Positions 53,737-64,000 of a stretch of 64,000 bases of DNA are shown in pieces. The notes under the pieces are model-generated. The model had not been told where the DNA came from. It ran no database searches and worked only from the letters and a program-made list of their open reading frames with translations. Position 1 is the first letter of the stretch. The number at the start of each line of letters is the position of its first letter. This DNA is from Batkoa obscura (Eukaryota): contig JASVEC010000012.1 of NCBI GenBank assembly GCA_030770535.1, positions 1,054,001 to 1,118,000 of the forward strand. Reading direction: 5' to 3'. The translations under genes were made by a program, and so were the position numbers.

Positions 53737-55304
53737 TTTATATTGAAATTTTTAAAATTGATAAAAAAATAAAAAGTTGATTTTATGGGAAGTTCGTAAT
53801 TTTCTTCAAGTTTATTACGTAAAAACTAAAAATAGTAAATCATTCCAATTTTTAGATTTTGATTATTAGTTTTAAAATCTTATTAATATTCTTATTTGAT
53901 CTAATAATAATAATTGTTTATATTATATTTGTTTTTAAGCTAGTTGTTATTATACGAATCAATTTATCTCATTAGAAATCATTGTTAAAGAGAGTTTGTA
54001 CATAAATAAAATAAAATCAAAAACATTTTTAAACTCACTTTTTTGTCTTTATAATTGATAGTACTATATATCACAAGGGCTTTGAAGTCCTTGAACTCAA
54101 TAACATACTAACTGACAAGTTGATATAAGGTAATATAAGATAAGGTGGGCCTAATACTTGAATAGCGAATATACGAAACTTTAAAATCTTTTTAAATAAA
54201 TAAAAAGTAAAACTAATGCTGTGTGTGAATCAAGTTAACTAGGCTACTAAAGTCTAAAACCGTACCTTATGTTAGAAAATAAATAATAAAACTCTCAGTG
54301 AATAAAGTTTTTTGAAGAGATTTGATTGCTTACATACTTTGTATAATTATAAAAAATATTAACTAATTTTGTTTTATATTTATATTTAATATATATATAA
54401 TTAAAATTAATAAAAACTTTGATATTAATTTTAGTTGTATCATTTTCTAATATGTATTCAACTTATATTAAATTTTATTAAATTATAGTATTAAATTTTA
54501 AAAAGTATGGGATTTGATTAGTGATCCAATAATAATAAATAAGTAAAATAACTTTGTTATCTATGTTATAAAATAAATGATATTTTTTTACTTCAATAGT
54601 TTTATTTATTTATAAACTATATATTAAATAATTAGTTAAAAAACTGATACAAGTTTAAAAAAAAAATTATTTATTAATTAACAGAAAAAAATTAGAAAAA
54701 CCTTTTATTTAGTGTAAAAAGATATATAAAAGTATTTTACTTTTAATTATAAAAAACTATATAAACATATAAACCATTTATTCATCTATTATATGAATAT
54801 ATAATAAAAAAATAAGTAATAATTAATAAGTAATATAATAAGTTAATAAAAAATAAAAAATAGAATTATATAATTAATATTTCAAACTAACTAACAAATT
54901 ATTTTTAATTGATTTTTTATACCCCATATTTCTATCTACAATTAGTTATCAACTTTTGTTTAATAATTAATTTTTGTCTTCTTTATCTCTCCTTTCCTAT
55001 TTTCGAATCTAAAATAAGTTCATTAATAGCATTTAATATACACTTCTCCTTAAAAAAACTACTTAAATGAAATAAAAAAATGGATTTTTCTTATTAATTG
55101 AAATCTAACAAATAAATCAATTTGAATTTTATTAAGTACACTTTAATTAGAATAAAATTTCAATAAAAGTATCGGATTGGTTGATTTGTGAATTCAGTTC
55201 GGAACAATTAAAAATCTTGCCCCACTACTATTTAAAACAGAAATTGAAAAGAATTTAATTTCAACTTTTTATCTTTAATTTTATAAATCTAATCAATAAT
55301 CATC

Positions 55305-55877
55305 ATGAAATATACTCAATTAATTAGTTTAGCTGTTATCATTACATCTGTAGCTACTTCTCATCTTGGTAAGTTTTGATTTTAGTATTTAAATAATAAT
55401 AATATTAATAATATTAATTTAGAGAGACGTCAACAAATCACCGATCCAACTAGAAGAGAAGATCCAAAACCAACTTCTCCACCAGAAGGTAAAGATGAAG
55501 AAAAAAAAGATGATGGTAAAGATAAATCAAGCACTAAAGATGATGGTAAAGATAAATCAAGTACTAAAGATGACGGCAAAGATAAATCAAGTACTAAAGA
55601 TGATGATAAAGATAAAGATAAATCAAGTACTAAAGAGGATAATAAAGACAAATCGAGTACTAAAGCTGATGATAAAGATAAATCCAGTACCAAAAGTGAT
55701 GATAAAAAGAAAGATGCAACTTCCACCTCTGATAAGCCCGCTTCAACTACTCGTAGTAAATCGGATAAAGTAACAAGTGCTAATCCAGTCAATCTTAACT
55801 CTAGCTCTGGTTCTATTGATGTATATAATTACTTTGCTTTAGTACCTGCTATTGTTGCTGCTTTTTATTCTAATTAA
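55305..55877 (+). CDS. Secreted, probably GPI-anchored K/D/S/T repeat protein; 2 exons
   Basis: Signal peptide MKYTQLISLAVIITSVATS, then LERR-Q (Kex2-like), about seven KDDGKDKSST decamers, small-residue omega region NSSSG and a hydrophobic tail YFALVPAIVAAF. Intron 55369-55422. Confidence 0.85.
55506..55710 (+). repeat. 30-bp coding minisatellite (about 7 units)
   Basis: aaagatgatggtaaagataaatcaagtact and variants in tandem. Confidence 0.9.
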
Positions 55878-56802
55878 AGTTTTCAATTAATTAATATCTT
55901 ATTTAGTTTTTGAATTTTTGTTGAATACTTAAGTAAAATTTTAACTTTTTGCTTTTTAAAACTGTAATTGAAGTATAAATTAGGACTTTTGATTATAATA
56001 ATTTTAAAAGTAATTTTTTCTTTCCATTTTATTAAAGTCTATTTTTATATATAAAATAGTTTATTTGTTAAGTATTTTATTGTAACGTTGAACTCTATCA
56101 ATAAGTCAAAATAATTCAACTTATTATTTCAATATATTAATATATATAATACTTTTTACTAATTATTATTTTAGAGTCAATTGATATGAAGAAGCTCTAA
56201 TTTGACCGTATTTATTTCTTAATTGTTTATTTATTCAACTTAAAAACTCTTTATTATCTTTAGTAATAAAGTTTTAAAACCTTTTTCTTATAATTTCCAA
56301 TAGATAGTAACTATATTTACTTAATTATTAAATCATTTAATCAATAATTGTTTAATACTTAAATAAAATATATAATATGAGTATTGTTTAACTTGATATT
56401 TTGAAAAAATAACATAAACTTAAGTACGTGCGTGAAAGATTTATTTAATTTATAAAAATATTTTATATTACACTATATAAAACTTACATTCAAAGATTTT
56501 ATATTGAACAGATTTAAGTATTATCATTCACTCCTATATATAGTATTTTTATATACTATACTTGCTTCAAAATTGTTAAATATGCTAAATTAAAGTTTAA
56601 TTTTATAAAAATTAGTCATTAAATGCTTTTATTTAGCTTATTTTAAATCCCTTAATTTCAATTCAAAAGCAATTCCAATTTTTGAAATCGAACTACCTAA
56701 GCAACAATAATTGGTTCATATAATTTAGTAAATCCCAAGCTTAACATTTCGATTTAATAGTTTAAGCATTGAATTTCCAATTTTACTGTTTAATCATCAA
56801 AA

Positions 56803-58660
56803 ATGGCTCCAAATTTTATGGTAAATAGAATAGAACAATAAATAATATTAAAACTAAACAAATTTAATAAATTTAATAGCAACCTCAAATTGTATTATTA
56901 AAAGAAGGCACCGATACTTCTCAGGGAAAAGGTCAACTTTTATCTAATATTAATGCCTGTTTGGCAGTAGTGGATACAATAAGAACCACTTTGGGTCCAC
57001 GTGGTATGGATAAATTAATGGTAGATGCAAGAGGTAAATTGAGTTTTCATTGTATTTCTTTTTGAATTTAAAATGAGATTCTTTTTCAAAGGTGAAGTAA
57101 CTATTTCCAATGACGGTGCTACTATTATGAAACAATTAGATATTGTTCAACCAGCTGCTAAAGCTTTAGTTGATATTGCTAGAGCACAAGATGCCGAAGT
57201 TGGAGATGGTACTACCTCCGTTGTTTTATTTGCTGGTGAACTTTTAAAAGAAGTTAAAAATTATATTGAAGAAGGACTTAGCCCACATGCGATTATTAAA
57301 GGATATAGAAAAGCTGCTGAAATTGTAAGTAAATTGGAATTATTAATTGAGTTTGATTTAATCTTGAATCATATTAGGCCATTGAAAAAGTAAAGGAACT
57401 TTCAGTTAGTATTTCAAGAAAAGAAAATGAAGAGTATGGATTTCTATTTTTTATTTATTTATAAATAGTCTAACTTTTATTAGAGAATTCAGAGATTTAT
57501 TATCAAAATGTGCTTCAACTGCTATGTCTTCGAAACTTATTTACTCACAAAAAGATTTTTTTACCAAGATGGTAGTAGATGCCGTATTAGGTTTAGATCA
57601 ACAAACATTAAACGAAAAATTAATTGGTATTAAAAAGGTTCCTGGAGGAGCTATGCAAGATTCAATTTTAGTTCAAGGAGTAGCCTTTAAAAAAACGTTT
57701 TCTTATGCAGGATTCGAACAAATGCCAAAATCCTTTGATAATCCATTGATTTTGTGTTTAAATGTAGAATTAGAATTAAAAGCTGAAAAAGATAATGCAG
57801 AAGTACGTATTAATGAAGTTAGTGAATATCAAGCTATTGTGGATGCTGAATGGAAAATTATTTTCGATAAATTAGAAGCAATTGTTGCTACTGGTGCTAA
57901 AGTTATTCTATCCAAATTACCCATTGGTGATCTTGCAACTCAATATTTTGCTGATAGAAATATTTTCTGTGCTGGTCGAGTTACTTCAGATGACTTAAGT
58001 CGTGTTGTTCAAGCTGTAGGTGGTTCTATCCAATCCACCACTACTGGGTTAAACCCAGAAAAACATTTAGGTCAATGTGAAAAATTTGAAGAAGTTCAAG
58101 TAGGAAGTGAACGTTTTAATTTGTTTACTGGATGTCCACAAGCTAAAACTTGTACTTTAATTCTTCGTGGTGGGGCTGAACAATTTATTGCTGAAGTAGA
58201 ACGTTCTTTACATGATGCTATTATGATTGTACGTCGTGCTATTAAACATCATTCCGTGGTTGCTGGTGGTGGTGCTATTGAAATGGAATTATCTAAACAT
58301 CTTAGAGATTATTCAAGAACTATTGAAGGTAAACAACAATTAATTTTAGCTGCTTTTGCCAAAGCACTTGAAGTTATCCCACGTCAATTATGTGATAATG
58401 CTGGATTTGATGCCACTAATATTTTAACTCAACTTCGTCAAAAGCATACTAAACCTGATGGTAAGTGGTTTGGTGTTAATGTTCAAGATGAATGTATATC
58501 TGACAACTTTGAGAATTTTGTTTGGGAACCCACTTTAGTTAAAGTTAATATACTTTCTTCTGCTGTGGAAGCAGCTACTCTTATATTATCAGTTGATGAA
58601 ACAGTTAAAAATCCTAAGTCACAACAAGCTAATCCAAACGCTCATGCTATGGGACAATAA
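56803..58660 (+). CDS. CCT7: TRiC/CCT chaperonin subunit eta; 5 exons
   Basis: [64 protein letters not shown]. Confidence 0.97.
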
Positions 58661-59086
58661 AAATATAAAAGGGAAGACTCATAAATAATTGATTCTTTAA
58701 GTAAGCTTTATTATAAATAAATAAAAAAGTAGAAAGTATTAATAAAGTAGATACACATTTCAACAGGCTTTTATTTTAATTTTCTATAGTTTATTTAAAT
58801 GAGAATTATATATTTGTTATTTTCAAATACCTTTATCATTTAAAATATGAAATCTGCTTTGAACAATATGCTATTTATTCAAAAATTTATATTGTAAAAG
58901 TGATATTATTTGAAAATCTTACAGCTGTTTTAAGTTGTAAGAGTTGTAAATCCTTACCAGTAAAAAAGCTCAAAAGACTTTTTTGCTTTAAAAATTGCAA
59001 AATTGCAAGCATAGAATTGAAACCATTTAATTTGAAAAAAAATCCAAGTTTCTATTTTCAAGTTTTAGATTCCAAATAAATCAAGG

Positions 59087-59461
59087 ATGGTAGTCAAGAT
59101 CCGTTTAGCACGTATAGGAGTGAAAAATACACCTTTATATCAAATTGTAATTGCGAATGCACGCTCACCAAGGGATTATAAACACATTGAAAAGATTGGT
59201 TATTATGATCCAAAACCGGATAATCATGGGATTAAACAAGTTTCCCTTAATATGGAAAGGGCTAAATTTTGGATAGCTTCAGGGGCTCAACCTTCGGATA
59301 CAGTGCATCAATTGTTATCAAAAGTAGGTCTTTTTTACTAGTTTTGATCGTTTTCATATGTTAATTCAATTTTTTATTTTTATTTACAGGCTGGATTATT
59401 ACCATTTAAACCCTACAAAATTACACCACGACAACCTAAAGAAGAAAAGAAAGAAAAATAA
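59087..59461 (+). CDS. MRPS16: Mitochondrial ribosomal protein bS16m; 2 exons
   Basis: MVVKIRLARIG, ARSPRD..IEKIGYYDP, ERAKFWIASGAQPSDTV, |AGLLP. Confidence 0.93.
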
Positions 59462-59741
59462 AACAGAATAGATTTTATAAAAGAAAGGAATAAAACTTGA
59501 TCATTTTATTATGTTTAAATAATGAATTTTAGTCTTAATGTTTATTTTGTTAATTAAATTGTAACAAATATCTAATTTTATATATTGAAAAATAAAAAGT
59601 CGAAAAATAATAAGCTGCAAACTTTTAGAACCAGTGCAAAAGGTTTGGCAAAAAATGCAAGGTTCGATCCTTAGTCAAAAAGAAGAAATTAGTTAAGCCA
59701 CTTTATTATTTTATTACTTTCAAATTTCGAACAATTAGAAT

Positions 59742-60591
59742 ATGGATTGGTTCTTTGGAAAACCTAGGGCACAAAATGTAGCTAAAGAAAGTATTACTAA
59801 ATTACGCGAAAATTCTTTACTATTAGAAAAGAGGGAACAACATTTACAAAAGTTAATAGATCAAGAAGTCATTAAAGCAAAGAAGTTTATAGCTGAAAGC
59901 AATAAAAGAAGTAATTTTGATGTAAGCTAAATTATTCGAAATTTTATTAACGTAATATTCGTTTAGAGGCCTTAGAAGCTTTAAAGAGGAAAAAACAATG
60001 GGAAGATCAAATCAATAAAATTGGTAATACTCGTTTAAATATTGACACTTTATTGATGACCATTGAAAATTCCAAGATTGATTTGGAAACGGTCAATGTT
60101 ATGAAACAAGGTGCCAGTGCTATGAAAGCTATGCAAAAAGAAATGTAATTTTTATTTCCTTTCTATGATTTGCTTTATTTTTAATATTATTTTAGGAAAA
60201 TTGAAAAAGTGGAAGATGTTATGGATGATGTTAGGGATCAAATGTCAAATGCAAATACTATATCAGAAGCTTTATCAGAATCTATTGATGTTGGAATGGA
60301 ATATGATGAGGTGACTTTAACTTTAATTCAATTCATTAGTTATTAACTTTTTTAGGATGACTTGATGAAAGAACTTGAAGAGTTTGAAACGGATCTTATT
60401 GACCAGCAACTTGAAGAAGCACAAGCTCCTCCGGTATCCCTACCTGCTACCTCAGAACCAGGTATTTTATATTTATATATATTATAGAAATATTAACTTT
60501 ATTTTTAGTAATGGCATCAACTCATTCAGTTAAAGCGGATAAAGAAGAAATGGATGAGTTTGCAGAATTACAAGCAGAAATGGCTAGTTAG
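59742..60591 (+). CDS. SNF7: ESCRT-III subunit Snf7/Vps32 (CHMP4); 5 exons
   Basis: MDWFFG..KESITKLRE..LLEKRE.HL, ALEALKRKK, IEKVEDVMDD..Q, DEDDLMKELEE, acidic tail EFAELQAEMAS*. Confidence 0.9.
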
Positions 60592-61411
60592 TTTGTTTGA
60601 TTCGTATTTCAAGTTAAAATTATTATCAAGCATAGTAAATTAAATTGAATTTTTAATATGTATTTTATTTTTAACACGTAGTTTTAAGAATATTTTATTT
60701 ATTTTTTAAAAAACAGTAACGGAATATTTCATTTATTGAAAAAGAAAACTTGACCCTTGTAATGTTTATGCCACTATTTTTTTATTTTAAATATTATGAT
60801 TTCATTAAAGAAGCAATGATTTTGAGATATAAATTAACTTAATATCTTTTATAATTTCATTCAGTAATAAAAGGATAACTTTATAGTTATAGTGACACTT
60901 TAAAATCAATGTTATATACAAAATTATAGGAAGTTTGTATTAATGTTAATAAAATGGTAAAATTACGGCATGTATTAATAGGTGGTGTAGTATTTGTAAA
61001 TTGACTGGTTCACTTATTAAACTTGTTTAATATACTAAAATAACAAAAATAGTATAATACTATACAATATTGATATACCTAATAGCTTTTTATTACTTAT
61101 TTAATAAAAAATGTAATTGAAATTTATATGAATAAAGTTATGATTTGAAAAATAACTCTTAGACTATAAAAGGGTATAAATAGTGAACAAAATTTTTTAA
61201 TAAAAATTTTATAATCAAGTAACATCAATTTATTTACATTTTTTAAAAGCTGCTTTTATTTTAGCGTTTTATTTTGTTTGTTTAAAATAACATTAAGATA
61301 TAGTATAAAACAGTAAAAAAAACTTAAATTTATATTAGTAAATTACTATTGTAAATCACTTTAAAAACTATTACTGCTTTTTAGCAATGTTAACAATAAA
61401 TTTAAGACAGT

Positions 61412-61513
61412 AATAGGGGTGTTTTTTTAGCTTCATCGCTTTTTCCATCTTCTAAGCGCTGTTTGATCGGAAAGATTGTTAGTAAAATTCTTAAAAAAAA
61501 TACACCTTCAATA
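61412..61513 (-). mobile_element. MITE family A, copy 12
   Basis: ATAGGGGTGTTTTTTT ... AAAAAAATACACCTTCAATA with the same core. Confidence 0.78.
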
Positions 61514-61764
61514 TTTAACTATTGTCCTTTTCTGCTATTTTTTTAAATTAGAGATTAGTTAACCAATCTAGTTATTTAAGTTTGAATGTGCGCTGGCAAA
61601 TGATGAATTTTACAGTTAACTATTTATTCTATCATGCTGATTTGAGGCTTATTAATTTAATTTAGTTTTGAAATGAACAATTAGCTAGCACACATTCAAG
61701 CTTGAACAACGTACTGGTTAATTAATCTAATTAAAAAAATAGCAAAAAAGGACAATAGGTAAAA
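61514..61764. repeat. ~250-bp foldback element with ~85-bp inverted arms
   Basis: CTATTGTCCTTTTCTGCTATTTTTTTAA...TTGAATGTG (61514-61602) versus CACATTCAA...TTAAAAAAATAGCAAAAAAGGACAATAG (61678-61764). Confidence 0.8.
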
Positions 61765-63202
61765 AAACATCCTAATATACTTTCTATAAATTATTCGGTT
61801 CTTTTATAAAATATGCAATATGCATTGTAAATATTATATGTAATTTAGTTTAGTTATTTATTAGAAACTATTATGGATAATTTCAAGTTTAAAAACGATT
61901 ATAGTTATGAACATTTAAAGTTATATAACACTTACTATGTTTTAAAAACTAGAAATACTGATAGATTCTATTAAAATAGAAAAGTGTTTGAACTTTCATG
62001 TAGTTAATATAAAACATGTATACAATATTTTTATAATAATAAAGAATTTCAAGGCTTGGCAAAAATATGTTTTTAATTGAGATTTAGCTATTGTATTTTT
62101 ATGAACTCAAGAAATATAAAAAATAGACAAAGTAGTAAAATAAAAAAGGCCTTTTTATATTATTATAGATGCTACTTGTAGGGATGTTTATTAAATTAGC
62201 ATAAAAAAGCACAAACATATTATGATATTGAGTAATATAAAAGTAAAGGGGCATGTAATAAAGAAAAATGGAAGTAAAAAGCAAGTGAGCACTAACTGGT
62301 AACCGATTCTTGACTAGTTTTAAAGTTATATCTGGCTTTTAAAACAATTCCTAAGTTAAGTGGTGCTTTCACTTTATGAATTGGCTTCAATATTTTCAAA
62401 TGTTATTTTTTAAAAAGACAAGAATTATTATAAATAAAACTTATATTAGTTAATTATAGATCGTAAGATTGATAATATTCATTTATTAAAAATAATAGTT
62501 ATGTTTTTTTCATTTTACATAGCTAAGCATTTCCGAGAAATAGGGAAGTTGATTTGTTACTTTAGCTAATAAAATTTTAAATTAGAAGATATTAAAAAAA
62601 TAATATAATAAAATAAACGAAGGGTAAATTAAAAATTAAAACTATTAGTTAGTATTTAGTATTTAATTAAAAATGTTAATGCTAATATACTCTTTTTATT
62701 TAACAAACCTTGGTTGATTGAAACATATTTCACTTATAAAATATCAAATCATTATTTATTATTTGATTGCACATGTCAAAATATTAAAAATAGCACAAGT
62801 CAGGACTCGCAGCAGAATAAAAAGGATAAGAATTATAGAAAAGGGAAGCCAATGGGGTTTTGGGTAATAGATATCATTATCATTTAACTACAAAATGTTA
62901 TATTTTATTTTTATTTAACTACATATGTTATTATACTATCAAGTTAAATGAACTATACTGTATATACCAATTACACAATTATGGCATTTATTTTCAATTT
63001 TTATATAATAAAAATGGATTAGTTAAGAGAGGGTTTGGTCTAGTTATCAATTTAATCGGTTTCAACTTAACATAATTAAAAGAAAACTGGTTAAGCATCA
63101 TTTACCCCATTTAGAAGCAAAACTTGATTCTATGATATCACAATAAACTATATATACGAAGTATAAACATATTATACAAAATTACTTATTTATAAAAAGT
63201 GA

Positions 63203-63796
63203 ATGGAATCTAAAAGAAACTCGATATTGCCTAACCTTATAAAACAGACAGAAATTATAGAGCTAGAATCTAATCATACAATCAAAAAGCACATCTTCTT
63301 ACATTGTATTGGCCCAGACTCAAAACCATTGATAGATTGGTCAACGTATAATGCTACTTCTTACTCAACTTACCGTCCAAATATTGATTTAGACTATGAA
63401 TATCGCTACGATAAGCCGAGTAGCGACTCAGAGGAGGAGTATAGTGATGATGACATGAACAAAGAGATAAATTGCACCTTATTGAATCAAACCAAAATCA
63501 TGCAAACCAAGAATTCATTACTGGAAAAGATAGGCGTTGAATTTGACCGAGGAATTACTAATGCAGCTACATTTACAGCCTTGAAAGATTTACCAAGAAC
63601 ACGTAGCTTAAGCTCTAGTAACTTTAGTAATGAGGATATCAAAGCAAATAAAGTGTTAGGTAGCTTTAATATTTTATTGGCTAAGATTCAACTTAAATTG
63701 TCCGATTTAACTAATAATCCAGATAAAGTGTATGCTAAAGCAGAGAGAAATTTGATGGTTGGAAGGCTACAAATTGGCAAACCCCTTTTTGTGTAA
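63203..63796 (+). CDS. Hypothetical protein (197 aa)
   Basis: ATG-initiated ORF, clearly more GC-rich than its flanks, with a short acidic patch; no family recognised. Confidence 0.6.
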   Translation: MESKRNSILPNLIKQTEIIELESNHTIKKHIFLHCIGPDSKPLIDWSTYNATSYSTYRPNIDLDYEYRYDKPSSDSEEEYSDDDMNKEINCTLLNQTKIMQTKNSLLEKIGVEFDRGITNAATFTALKDLPRTRSLSSSNFSNEDIKANKVLGSFNILLAKIQLKLSDLTNNPDKVYAKAERNLMVGRLQIGKPLFV

Positions 63797-63965
63797 AGTT
63801 TTTGATTTTAAAGTATTTATTTATGTTTAATAAAAAGTTTGTTTTATTTTTATTTAAAGATCTATTTTATATCACTCTTTAAAAATGCTAATGAGGACAG
63901 ATGCTTTTATAAATTAATTTTATTGGCTAATCACTAGCAAATTTTTGTTTTTTAATACAACTTCA

Positions 63966-64000
63966 TATCGGAGTGTTTTTTTTGGCTTTATCGCTTTTTC
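63966..64000 (-). mobile_element. MITE family A, copy 13 (truncated by the window end)
   Basis: TATCGGAGTGTTTTTTTTGGCTTTATCGCTTTTTC matches the family terminus. Confidence 0.6.

Noticed and set aside
55430..55792. ORFs 55430-55792 (-) and 55495-55773 (+)
   Set aside because: Wrong-frame or antisense readings of the 30-bp repeat; the spliced frame with signal peptide and GPI-like tail is far more coherent.
59655..59680. GGTTCGATCC B-box / T-loop-like motif upstream of SNF7
   Set aside because: No acceptor stem, D-arm or anticodon arm could be folded; not a tRNA, at most an isolated TFIIIC-like site.
62099..63075. ORFs 62099-62284 and 62860-63075
   Set aside because: Low-complexity AT-driven ORFs without ATG starts or motifs.

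Overview
Very AT-rich eukaryotic (fungal) genomic DNA with short GT-AG introns of about 40-60 nt. Gene content and style suggest an early-diverging fungus, plausibly Entomophthoromycotina (Conidiobolus/Neoconidiobolus-like); this is inference only. Splicing by eye gives about 29 genes, several missed or fragmented by the ORF track. Housekeeping genes: SFM1, uL14m, FUM1, STR2, BUD27/URI, PEX19, TMEM14, CWC2, MSS116-like helicase, TPA1, PET100, a DUF836 glutaredoxin-like gene, TAF11, URA5, RFC3, CCT7, bS16m, SNF7. Others: a GLELO-type PUFA elongase, an aldo-keto reductase, an ankyrin protein, a 7TM receptor, a 909-aa repeat protein with a CsbD/Hmp1-like tail, and a GPI-type repeat protein. A plastic region at about 6-20 kb holds five ACOT13/PaaI thioesterase copies with PTS1-type tails (four intact, one pseudogene, one 385-bp identical tract) and an F-box/LRR-like pseudogene. 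A ~103-bp MITE family occurs 13 times, and there are two unrelated foldback elements. The most notable item is an intact 11-exon cystathionine beta-synthase-like gene that has lost the PLP Schiff-base lysine, the TSGNT loop and the GTGGT loop but keeps the CBS-domain pair, i.e. a candidate regulatory pseudoenzyme. No rRNA, tRNA or CRISPR array was recognised. Exon boundaries were read manually and may be off by a few bases.
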